DNA of 25,550 nt. It comes from Gammaproteobacteria bacterium. GTDB taxonomy: Bacteria > Pseudomonadota > Gammaproteobacteria > Acidiferrobacterales > UBA6901. The stretch spans positions 1 to 25,550 of the forward strand of contig JAYUBZ010000134.1 of the NCBI GenBank assembly GCA_043740595.1, in the 5' to 3' direction. Shown here piece by piece: positions 1 through 8,001 of this stretch. Made by a program: the position numbers and the translations under genes. Within the stretch, counting starts at the first letter, position 1; every line of letters starts with the position of its first letter. The notes beneath the pieces were generated by a model that was not told the origin of the DNA, made no database searches, and saw only the letters and a list, made by a program, of their open reading frames with translations.

Positions 1-687
1 CGCGATCTCTACGAAAGCATCCGCCTGGCGCTGCACGACAAGGTGCGCAGCGAAATCCAGAAGAAGGGCCTCGCCCGCAGCCAGATCGTGATCCTGGACG
101 CGCTGCTGAAGCTGCGACAAGTCTGTTGCGATCCGCGCCTGTTGAAACTCGATAGCGCGAAGAAGGTGAAGCGCTCCGCCAAGCTAGAACTACTTATGGA
201 AATGCTGCCGGCACTGCTGGAGGAAGGCCGGCGCGTGCTGTTGTTTTCACAATTCACCAGCATGCTGGCGCTGATCGAGGCGGAACTGAAAGAACGCCAC
301 CTCGACTACGTGCTGCTCACCGGCGACACCCGCGACCGCGCCACCCCCATCGATCGTTTCCAAGCCGGCGAGGTGCCGCTGTTTCTCATCAGCCTCAAGG
401 CCGGCGGCATCGGCTTGAACCTCACGGCCGCCGATACCGTGATCCACTACGACCCGTGGTGGAACCCGGCGGTCGAGCGCCAAGCCACGGACCGCGCGCA
501 CCGCATCGGCCAGGACAAAACGGTGTTCGTGTACAAACTCATCACCGCCGGCAGCGTGGAGGAAAAGATCGGCCAGTTGCAGGCGCGCAAACAGGCGCTG
601 GCGGATGGGGTGTACGGCAAGGCCGGCGCCGAGGGACCGGCGTTTACCGCGGAAGATCTGGAGGCGCTGTTTGCAGCAGCGGAGTGA
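1..687 (+). CDS. SNF2/RAD54-family (DEAD/DEAH-like) helicase, C-terminal part; 5' end lies outside the window
   Basis: Frame is open from base 1 ([20 protein letters not shown]...). SNF2 HelicC motifs: [69 protein letters not shown] at 685-687. Confidence 0.92.
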   Translation, partial: RDLYESIRLALHDKVRSEIQKKGLARSQIVILDALLKLRQVCCDPRLLKLDSAKKVKRSAKLELLMEMLPALLEEGRRVLLFSQFTSMLALIEAELKERHLDYVLLTGDTRDRATPIDRFQAGEVPLFLISLKAGGIGLNLTAADTVIHYDPWWNPAVERQATDRAHRIGQDKTVFVYKLITAGSVEEKIGQLQARKQALADGVYGKAGAEGPAFTAEDLEALFAAAE

Positions 688-696
688 TGGGGCCAC

Positions 697-879
697 TTAT
701 CTGAACCTGATGCCCGATGGTCTACACGCGTATTTTATTGCTGTCGACATACCGTCCCAGGTTCTTCCGGCGAAAATACGCCCATAGTCCCTTTTTGGCT
801 GTCTCTTGTCGTCCGCGCCCCACCTGCTCCATTGCCTGAAGAAGAACGTTACACCGCGTTGCTCGTATTGTGAGATTTT
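697..879 (-). pseudogene. Degraded 3' remnant of a DUF5131 (phage Gp37/Gp68-like, three-Cys radical-SAM-like) gene
   Basis: Start-less minus-strand frame reads KISQYEQRGVTFFFRQWSRWGADDKRQPKRDYGRIFAGRTWDGMS...*. This resembles the DUF5131 C-terminal pattern as I recall it (GVxFFFKQWGGWG...GRxLxGRTWDxMP). The N-terminal Cys motif region is absent. Confidence 0.65.
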
Positions 880-884
880 GTAAC

Positions 885-1487
885 CTATTGGTAGCGGGCC
901 GCTAACTCATCTATGCGCCTGCGCGCGCTGGCCAAACTTGGTGAACGTATTGCGGCTCGTTCAGCACTCCAATCTTCGCGCACAAATTGCCCAAGCATTG
1001 AGTTGTAACCGATTCCTTGGGCGGCTATTGCCCCAGGCGCCTTGATCAACTCCTCGCGAATCGCGCGCGGGGCTTTTTTTGCAAGTTCAAGCAGTGTTTG
1101 CTTGGGATCGCCAAGGGTATCCGGCTCAATAGGAATTTTCTTGGATCTGATTTTTAACAAGTTGGCGAGCGCCTCGGCATCCGCCATCAGCCAGGACTCA
1201 ACCTCTCGCACGGCAACCCGAAATAACATATCTTGTGGAAGCTTGCCACCACCCTTCCATGTCGAAATCAATAGAGGAGCGCAGGCCACACGATCAAGAT
1301 CGGTAATCAGCAGCACAGGCAATGAATAGGCAACCCGCGTGAGTTCCGGTAGCTTCTTTTTCAAATTACCGGCGCCTTTCCCGGGTATTTTTGTATCAAC
1401 ACATAGCACACCCCCGGTTTCGAGAATCAGGCGTTCGGCCACAGCCTCAGTCAGGGCGTCCTCGGTCGCGATAACCATGCTCTTCAT
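885..1487 (-). CDS. DUF4276-type TOPRIM-like protein (putative nuclease effector), 200 aa
   Basis: N-terminal strand with acidic residue (VIATEDALTE), DxD motif (LLITDLDR) and family-type REVESWLMAD motif. Its ATG directly abuts the TGA of the upstream ATPase. Confidence 0.75.
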   Translation of the reverse strand: MKSMVIATEDALTEAVAERLILETGGVLCVDTKIPGKGAGNLKKKLPELTRVAYSLPVLLITDLDRVACAPLLISTWKGGGKLPQDMLFRVAVREVESWLMADAEALANLLKIRSKKIPIEPDTLGDPKQTLLELAKKAPRAIREELIKAPGAIAAQGIGYNSMLGQFVREDWSAERAAIRSPSLASARRRIDELAARYQ

Positions 1488-2642
1488 TCACCACAACCCC
1501 AATTGCTCAACGCCCGCGGGTCGTGTTTTTGGCAGCACCACCTCGGCTACTGACAGTCCGGCCTCCAACGCTTTGGTTTCAGTTTCGCTAATCGGCCGGA
1601 CGCGCGACCCCTCTCGGTCAGCCTCCAGAACCACCACCCCCCGTCCGTCTATGCCTGGATTGCTCAACATTACATCGCTATGAGTACTGATAATGACTTG
1701 GCGGCGATGTTTGGCTTGGCGTAGTGCGCGATCGATCAATAGCGGAATCTGCTCGACCACCGCCTGGTGCAGTGAAAGCTCAGGTTCTTCAAGCAACAGT
1801 AGGGAATCGCCATCCAATAGTGACCACAGCAAACCAATCAAACGCAGCGTTCCATCCGAAAAATGCTCCTCACGCTGCCATGCGCCCTGTGGCCGATGAT
1901 GTTCATACAAGGCCTCCAAATGCGGTCGGCCCGTCGCTTCGTCAGGATGGAAACGCAACTCCTTGAACTGGGGCACGGCTGCGGCAAGCGCCTTGGCGAT
2001 CTTCCGCAACCGTGCTTCGCGCGTATTTTTTGAGCACTTGGCGATTCGCTCCAGAAAACCCTGCCCGAAGGGGTCATCCTCAAGACGCTGGCCCCCGATC
2101 TTGTCTCCGTATTTAAGTAGCTGCGGTACCAGATGCAGGTAGGTTATATTACTGAAAAATTCCGCAATATCTCTAAACTTTACGTTGGTCTGAATCTGCT
2201 CCAGATACGTTTGCGTAAGCAACTGGGTGTCTTTTTTATCTTGGTCGTTCGGACGACTGAACAATCGGCGTCCAGCGTGCCAAACTTCCTCGGTTGAGAC
2301 AAGCAACCGCTGCGCACCTTTGCCCTCCGGTTTAAACCCAAGTATGTACTTCCATGTCGGCTCGACTGGCTCCGCTTTCTCAGCCAAATGAACCTCGATG
2401 CGAACTTCTGTATCCCGCCGCGCATGCAAACAACGCAGTTTGGATATGCCCCCTCGGTCATCCACCGCTTTCTGGAGCCCCCCGCCGTTCGGCTTACTGA
2501 CGTCACGCAGCAAGCGGAACACGTCCAGCAAGTTCGACTTGCCAGATGCATTCGGGCCAATCACATAAGTTCTGGCAGCCAGTGGCACAGCCGCCTCACG
2601 AAAGTTGCGCCAGTTTTTCAGATGCACATGGGTGGCCAGCAT
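1488..2642 (-). CDS. ABC-type ATPase (AAA_21/AAA_15-like, SMC/RecF/OLD-related), 384 aa
   Basis: Walker A GPNASGKSN, signature-like FSDGTLR, Walker B/D-loop LLLLEEPELSLH, H-loop ISTHS. SD GGAG (2651-2654) lies 8 nt upstream of the ATG. Confidence 0.9.
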   Translation of the reverse strand: MLATHVHLKNWRNFREAAVPLAARTYVIGPNASGKSNLLDVFRLLRDVSKPNGGGLQKAVDDRGGISKLRCLHARRDTEVRIEVHLAEKAEPVEPTWKYILGFKPEGKGAQRLLVSTEEVWHAGRRLFSRPNDQDKKDTQLLTQTYLEQIQTNVKFRDIAEFFSNITYLHLVPQLLKYGDKIGGQRLEDDPFGQGFLERIAKCSKNTREARLRKIAKALAAAVPQFKELRFHPDEATGRPHLEALYEHHRPQGAWQREEHFSDGTLRLIGLLWSLLDGDSLLLLEEPELSLHQAVVEQIPLLIDRALRQAKHRRQVIISTHSDVMLSNPGIDGRGVVVLEADREGSRVRPISETETKALEAGLSVAEVVLPKTRPAGVEQLGLW

Positions 2643-2689
2643 TACTCGATCTCCAATATCTTCAGCGACTCAATCCTGTGACCATCCAT
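2642..2689 (-). pseudogene. 15-codon mini-ORF MDGHRIESLKILEIE; probable 3' remnant of a type III-like site-specific DNA methyltransferase (Mod) gene
   Basis: Its TAA overlaps the ATPase ATG (TAATG). The peptide resembles the recalled C-terminus (I)VDDRGIESLK(I/V)xxx of large N6/N4 DNA methylases. It is in frame with, and 9 nt after, the AbrB stop. Confidence 0.55.
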
Positions 2690-2698
2690 AACGCTCGA

Positions 2699-2923
2699 TT
2701 AGCCGCGGGTCAGGACCAAGATCTCGTCAGTGCTCATGGACCGGGTGGCTTTGTCGCGCAGGTGCGCGATCAGGCGTCTGCGGCGTATAGGCGATTTACC
2801 GGTTTTTTGCAGCACCACCACGCCGTGACGCACGGCGAATTCCACCTCAGTGTCTGGAAACAGGCCGGCCTGCTCACAAACTTCCGCTGGAACAGTGATC
2901 CGGCCCTTGCGGGTGATGCGCAT
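2699..2923 (-). CDS. AbrB/MazE/SpoVT-family DNA-binding antitoxin-like protein (VapB-type), 74 aa, with no cognate toxin downstream
   Basis: MRITRKGRITVPAEVCEQAGLFPDTEVEF...STDEILVLTRG matches the AbrB/VapB N-terminal pattern. Start reassigned to the ATG at 2923 because a GAGG SD precedes it; the ORF track start at 2974 is over-extended. Confidence 0.8.
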   Translation of the reverse strand: MRITRKGRITVPAEVCEQAGLFPDTEVEFAVRHGVVVLQKTGKSPIRRRRLIAHLRDKATRSMSTDEILVLTRG

Positions 2924-2947
2924 GGCGTGTCCTCGTGGATTTTTTCG

Positions 2948-2976
2948 ATAGTAAGGCCTGCTCATCCCGGACACAA
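2948..2976 (-). promoter_or_regulatory. Putative sigma70 promoter for the AbrB-ATPase-DUF4276 unit
   Basis: Minus strand TTGTGT (2976-2971), 17 nt spacer, TACTAT (2953-2948), 25 nt upstream of the AbrB ATG. Confidence 0.55.
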
Positions 2977-3009
2977 GCGACGACCAATATCAAACCTTAT
3001 GCACGCCGG

Positions 3010-4596
3010 CTAAGCCTGCTCGCGCGTCGCGTTAAAGGTGATCTCCGGCCAGCGCTCCATGGTCAGCTGCAGGTTCACCCGTGACGGCGCGAGATAGGCC
3101 AGCTCACCGGCACCGTCCCGCGCGAGGTTGTCGCGCAGTTTTTTCTCGAAATCGGCCAGCATTTTCTCGTCGTGACACACGATCCAGCGTGCCGTTTTCA
3201 CCTGCACCGGTTCGAAGACCGCGTCCACGCCGTATTCGTTCTGCAGACGGCTCGTCACCACGTCGAACTGCAGGGTACCCACCGCACCGAGTATCAGTTC
3301 GTTGGAATTGAGCGGGCGGAACAATTGGGTCGCGCCTTCTTCCGTCAATTGCTCCAGGCCTTTTTGCAGCGCCTTCATCTTCATCGGGTTCTTGATCTGG
3401 GTGCGGCGGAAGATTTCCGGGGCAAAATTGGGAATGCCGCTGAACTTGAGTGCTTCCTTTTGAGTAAAGGTATCACCGATGCGCATAGTGCCGTGGTTGT
3501 GCAGGCCCAGGATATCGCCGGCGTAGGCCTCTTCCACAGCGACACGTTCCTGTGCCATGAAGGTAATGGCGTTGGCAACGGTGACCTCGCGGCCGAGGCG
3601 CACGTGGTAGAGCTTCATGCCCGGCGTGTATTTACCCGAGCAAAGTCGTATGAAGGCAATGCGGTCACGGTGATTGGGGTCCATGTTTGCCTGGATCTTA
3701 AAGACGAAGCCGCTGAGGGCCTCTTCCTCCGCCCGCACCAGGCGCCCCCCACCGTCCCGAGGTTGCGGTCCCGGGGCAACCTCCACAAAGCTGTCGAGTA
3801 ACTCCTGCACACCGAAATTATTCACGGCGGAGCCAAAAAACACGGGCGTCTGTTTACCGGCGAGATAGGCCGCCAGGTCGAAGGCATGGCTGGCGCCACG
3901 CACTAACTCCACTTCCCCGCGGAACTCCTGGGCCTGATCCCCCAGCACCTCGTCCAGGCGCGGGTTGTCGAGGCCTACGATCACTTCGCCCACATTGATC
4001 TTGCCACCGTGGGTCGGCGAGTACAGATGTACGGACTCGGTGTGCAGGTGATAGATGCCCTTGAAGCGCTTGCCCATGCCGATGGGCCAGGTCACCGGCG
4101 CGCATTGGATGTTCAACACCTTTTCCACTTCGTCCAACACCTCCATGGGATCGCGCCCCTCGCGGTCCATCTTGTTGATGAAGGTGGTGATGGGGGTGGT
4201 GCGCAGCCGGCAGACTTCCATGAGCTTGATGGTACGGTCCTCTACACCCTTGGCGATATCGATCACCATGAGGGCCGAGTCCACGGCGGTGAGGGTACGA
4301 TAGGTGTCTTCGGAAAAATCTTCGTGACCCGGGGTGTCGAGCAGGTTGACGATGCGGTCTTTGTAAGGAAACTGCATGACCGATGAGGTGACAGAAATGC
4401 CGCGCTGCTTTTCCATTTCCATCCAGTCGGACGTGGCATGGCGTGCCGCCTTACGTCCTTTGACGCTGCCGGCGAGCTGAATCGCGCCGCCAAACAGCAG
4501 GAGCTTTTCGGTTAACGTGGTTTTCCCTGCATCCGGGTGGGAAATGATCGCAAAGGTCCGGCGACGGGCAACCTCACGCGTGATCTCAACTGACAT
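3010..4596 (-). CDS. prfC: Peptide chain release factor 3
   Basis: [56 protein letters not shown]; 528 aa, typical RF3 length. Confidence 0.98.
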   Translation of the reverse strand: MSVEITREVARRRTFAIISHPDAGKTTLTEKLLLFGGAIQLAGSVKGRKAARHATSDWMEMEKQRGISVTSSVMQFPYKDRIVNLLDTPGHEDFSEDTYRTLTAVDSALMVIDIAKGVEDRTIKLMEVCRLRTTPITTFINKMDREGRDPMEVLDEVEKVLNIQCAPVTWPIGMGKRFKGIYHLHTESVHLYSPTHGGKINVGEVIVGLDNPRLDEVLGDQAQEFRGEVELVRGASHAFDLAAYLAGKQTPVFFGSAVNNFGVQELLDSFVEVAPGPQPRDGGGRLVRAEEEALSGFVFKIQANMDPNHRDRIAFIRLCSGKYTPGMKLYHVRLGREVTVANAITFMAQERVAVEEAYAGDILGLHNHGTMRIGDTFTQKEALKFSGIPNFAPEIFRRTQIKNPMKMKALQKGLEQLTEEGATQLFRPLNSNELILGAVGTLQFDVVTSRLQNEYGVDAVFEPVQVKTARWIVCHDEKMLADFEKKLRDNLARDGAGELAYLAPSRVNLQLTMERWPEITFNATREQA

Positions 4597-4698
4597 GGCT
4601 TGAACCTGGCGCGGCCTAAAAACCGGGGAGAATAGCCTGATTCCCTGTGCCGTGCCACTGTGAATTTCTGGTCAACTGCTCCTGCGGGCGCCATCGGG

Positions 4699-4726
4699 TA
4701 TACTGTGTTCAACAAAAATTTTGTTG
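4699..4726 (+). promoter_or_regulatory. Putative -10 element plus palindromic operator upstream of the MBL-fold gene
   Basis: TATACT at 4699-4704, followed by the inverted repeat CAACAAAA-A-TTTTGTTG (4710-4726) over the expected transcription start. No clear -35. Confidence 0.45.
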
Positions 4727-4745
4727 CCTCGGGTCGGAGATCGCC

Positions 4746-5699
4746 ATGGGTTATTTTTCACGCTGGATGGTAGTCGCGGTAAGTATTGCACTGGTGTCTT
4801 GTTCCAAGTCCGAAGGCCCGCCCATTGCCGGGGATTATCCGCTAAAGCAGCTTACCGACCGGGTTTACATTGTAACTGGCCCAAACGAGGAGCCGAACAA
4901 GAAAAACCGGGGCTTCATGAACAACCCGGCCTTTGTGCTCACCAGCAAGGGTGTAGTGGTCATTGATCCCGGCTCCAGCCTGCAGGTTGGGCGTATGCTG
5001 TTGGAGAAAATCGCCAAAACGACGCCGTCACCGGTCATCGCTGTCTTCAATACCCATATCCACGGGGACCACTGGCTGGGCAACCAGGCGATTCACGATG
5101 CCTACCCCAATGCTGTGATTTATGCCCATCCGAATATGATCGCCAAGGCTGAAGCAGAGGGTGAGACCTGGCTCAAAACCATGCTCACCCTGACAACGGG
5201 CGCCACCATGGGCACCCGGCTTGTGCTTCCCAGTAGCGCCCTCGAGAACAACGATATGCTGCGTCTCGGTGACCGCCATTTTCGAATGTACCACAACGGC
5301 AAGGCCCATACCGATGGTGATCTGATGGTGGAAGTGGTGGAGGAAAAGCTCATGTTCCTTGGGGATATTGTCATGGCTCAGCGCGTAGCGCGCCTGGATG
5401 ACGGCGACTTCAAGGGCAACATCGCCGCCATCGACATGGCACTGAAAACCAAGGCAGTACTTTTTGTGCCCGGTCATGGCCAGAGTGGTGGACGCGAAGT
5501 CCCGTTGGCCTATCGGGCATTTCTTTCAACCTTGTATGGCTCGGTGAAGAAGTATTATGCCCGTGGCTTGAGCGATTACGACATGAAGGACATGGTCGGC
5601 AAAGACCTGGCGGCTTACCATCAGTGGGCCCTGTTCGATGCCAACCTCGGCCGTCTAGTCAGTCTGGCCTATCTGCAGGTGGAGGCTGAGTCTTTCTGA
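4746..5699 (+). CDS. MBL-fold metallo-hydrolase, probable lipoprotein (SoxH-like by resemblance), 317 aa
   Basis: HxHxDH motif (NTHIHGDHW), GKAHT, GDIV, PGHG. N-terminal signal with lipobox LVSC. GGAGA SD 5 nt before the ATG at 4746; the ORF track start at 4647 is over-extended. Confidence 0.85.
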   Translation: MGYFSRWMVVAVSIALVSCSKSEGPPIAGDYPLKQLTDRVYIVTGPNEEPNKKNRGFMNNPAFVLTSKGVVVIDPGSSLQVGRMLLEKIAKTTPSPVIAVFNTHIHGDHWLGNQAIHDAYPNAVIYAHPNMIAKAEAEGETWLKTMLTLTTGATMGTRLVLPSSALENNDMLRLGDRHFRMYHNGKAHTDGDLMVEVVEEKLMFLGDIVMAQRVARLDDGDFKGNIAAIDMALKTKAVLFVPGHGQSGGREVPLAYRAFLSTLYGSVKKYYARGLSDYDMKDMVGKDLAAYHQWALFDANLGRLVSLAYLQVEAESF

Positions 5700-5711
5700 C
5701 CGCCGTCACTT

Positions 5712-6668
5712 ATGCTCAAACTCTATCCTGAAATCAAAACGAATCGCGTCGACACCCTTTCCGTCGGTAACGGACACCAGCTTTATGTCGAGGAATCCGG
5801 AAACCCCCGGGGAGTCCCTGTGCTGTTCGTACACGGCGGTCCCGGGGCGGGCTGTGACGAAAAACACCGGCGCTTTTTTGACCCGACACACTATCGCATA
5901 ATCCTATTCGATCAGCGTGGCGCGGGGCGTTCGCGACCCCATGCCTCCCTGGACCACAACACCACCCAGGATCTGGTGGCAGACATGGAAGCCCTACGTC
6001 AGTTTTTCGACATCGATCGTTGGGTGCTTTTCGGCGGCTCCTGGGGATCGACCCTGAGCCTGGTCTACGCCGAGACCTATCCGGAGCGCGTGCTTGGATT
6101 GATCGTGCGCGGTATTTTTCTCATGCGGCCTCAGGAGGTCCGCTGGTTCTATCAGGAGGGTGCGAACTATGTGTATCCGGATTATTGGCAGGACTTTGTC
6201 ACCCCCATCCCGGAAAACGAACGCGACGACCTGGTGCATGCCCACTACCGCCACCTCACGGGCGATGACGAAATTGCGCGCATGGCATCCGCCAAGGCCT
6301 GGTCCGTATGGGAGGGGCGCACCGCTACCCTGACACCGAATCACGCGGTCATCGATTTTTTCAGTAACCCGCACCTGGCCATGAGCCTGGCGCGCATCGA
6401 GGCGCATTACTGCGTCAACCAGGCCTTTCTCGCGGAAAACCAACTGCTGCGTGATGCATACCGCCTCGCCACCCTACCCGGCTATATTATCCAGGGGCGT
6501 TACGATATGTGTTGCCCCATGGCAAGTGCCTGGGATCTGCATCTTGCCTGGCCGCAGGCACAACTGGAGATCATCCCGGACGCCGGACACTCGGTGAGTG
6601 AACCTGGCATTACCGATGCGCTGGTGCGCGCCACGATCAGTCTGCACAAACAGCTAGCGCTGGGTTGA
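5712..6668 (+). CDS. pip: Proline iminopeptidase (alpha/beta hydrolase)
   Basis: HGGPG oxyanion motif, FDQRGAGRS, nucleophile GGSWG, IQGRYD, DAGHS; 318 aa. Confidence 0.95.
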   Translation: MLKLYPEIKTNRVDTLSVGNGHQLYVEESGNPRGVPVLFVHGGPGAGCDEKHRRFFDPTHYRIILFDQRGAGRSRPHASLDHNTTQDLVADMEALRQFFDIDRWVLFGGSWGSTLSLVYAETYPERVLGLIVRGIFLMRPQEVRWFYQEGANYVYPDYWQDFVTPIPENERDDLVHAHYRHLTGDDEIARMASAKAWSVWEGRTATLTPNHAVIDFFSNPHLAMSLARIEAHYCVNQAFLAENQLLRDAYRLATLPGYIIQGRYDMCCPMASAWDLHLAWPQAQLEIIPDAGHSVSEPGITDALVRATISLHKQLALG

Positions 6669-6671
6669 GGC

Positions 6672-7508
6672 ATGGCGGTCTATGCCATTGGCGATGTACA
6701 GGGCTGCTATTCGGCGTTGCAACAGCTCCTCGATACGCTGCGTTTTGATCCCTCACAGGACCGGTTGTGGCTGGTCGGTGACTTGGTAAACCGCGGCCCG
6801 CAGTCCGCCGAGGTATTGCGTTTTGTCATGTCGCTGCCGGAAACGATCGTCGTGCTCGGCAACCACGATCTCCATTTGCTGGCGGTGGCCGCCGGCAAGG
6901 CCAAAATGCGGTCCGGCGACACCCTGGAGGGAATTCTATCCGCACCGGACCGCGAGTCTATGCTGGCCTGGTTACGCCAGCGCCCTCTTTTGCATCACGA
7001 TGCCGGTCTCGGATATACCTTGGTGCATGCCGGGCTCGTACCCCAGTGGAGTTTGGACCAAGCCATGGTCTACGCGCGGGAGGCGGAGGCGGCCATAGGT
7101 GCATCGGCGTCCAATGATTTATTCGACACACTGTACGGCGATCAGCCCGATCGCTGGGACGATACCCTGACCGGCCATGACCGTTTGCGGGTGATTGTTA
7201 ATGTCTTCACGCGTCTGCGCTACTGTGATCCCGCAGGGCGCATGTTGTTACGCGCCAGTGGGGCGCCGGGCACCCAGCCCGCGCCATTTTTACCTTGGTT
7301 TCAGATTCCGGAGCGACGCTCCCGGCATGCACGCATCGTATTTGGGCATTGGTCCACTCTCGGGTTATGGCAGGACGATGGTGTTATCGCCCTGGATAGC
7401 GGCTGTCTATGGGGCAGGCAACTGACAGCGGTGCGACTGGACACCCGCGGAGCCGACTTTATCAGCATCCCTTGCGGGCAATCGTTGTTACCCGGCACAT
7501 TGTGCTGA
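6672..7508 (+). CDS. apaH: Symmetrical bis(5'-nucleosyl)-tetraphosphatase (Ap4A hydrolase)
   Basis: [47 protein letters not shown] motifs. Confidence 0.95.
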   Translation: MAVYAIGDVQGCYSALQQLLDTLRFDPSQDRLWLVGDLVNRGPQSAEVLRFVMSLPETIVVLGNHDLHLLAVAAGKAKMRSGDTLEGILSAPDRESMLAWLRQRPLLHHDAGLGYTLVHAGLVPQWSLDQAMVYAREAEAAIGASASNDLFDTLYGDQPDRWDDTLTGHDRLRVIVNVFTRLRYCDPAGRMLLRASGAPGTQPAPFLPWFQIPERRSRHARIVFGHWSTLGLWQDDGVIALDSGCLWGRQLTAVRLDTRGADFISIPCGQSLLPGTLC

Positions 7509-7617
7509 CGGTTGGTTTTACTGTATGGGGATACGGTTTTGCTCACGCAAAAACTGTGCGTTTTTTTCTTCGGGCAGATGTAGCACAATGCGCCCTCCAT
7601 GTCTGACGCCTAGGGTT

Positions 7618-8001
7618 ATGAATCCACCTCGTAAGCATCACATTGAAGTAAACGTGAATCCACTCTACGTGGATGCGCAATCCGCGCCTGCCGTCAATCG
7701 CTATGTGTTTGCCTATACGGTGACGATCACCAATCGGGGCAGCGTCCCGGCGAAATTGCTCACTCGTCACTGGGTGATCACTGATGCCAACGACAAGGTG
7801 CAGGAAGTCCGCGGTCCCGGGGTGGTGGGCGAACACCCCTATCTTCCCCCCGGCTCGAGTTTTGAGTATACCAGCGGTACGGTGCTGGAAACCCCCGTGG
7901 GTAGCATGCGGGGCAGCTACCAAATGATGGCTGACGACGGGGTGGAATTCGATGCGGAGATCGCGCCATTTCTACTGAGCATGCCGCGAACACTGCATTG
8001 A
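7618..8001 (+). CDS. apaG: ApaG / Co2+-Mg2+ efflux-associated protein, 127 aa
   Basis: [57 protein letters not shown]. Start reassigned to the ATG at 7618 to fit the family length. Confidence 0.93.
   Translation: MNPPRKHHIEVNVNPLYVDAQSAPAVNRYVFAYTVTITNRGSVPAKLLTRHWVITDANDKVQEVRGPGVVGEHPYLPPGSSFEYTSGTVLETPVGSMRGSYQMMADDGVEFDAEIAPFLLSMPRTLH

Noticed and set aside
722-832. 36-aa minus-strand ORF MEQVGRGRQETAKKGLWAY... with a faint thermonuclease-like KGLW
   Set aside because: It is an alternative frame of the DUF5131-like remnant, which gives a much more extensive motif match.
3010-4596. prfC as an SXT/R391 ICE integration site
   Set aside because: Those ICEs integrate at the prfC 5' end. Here the accessory DNA is at the 3' end, and no integrase, att repeat or conjugation gene is visible.
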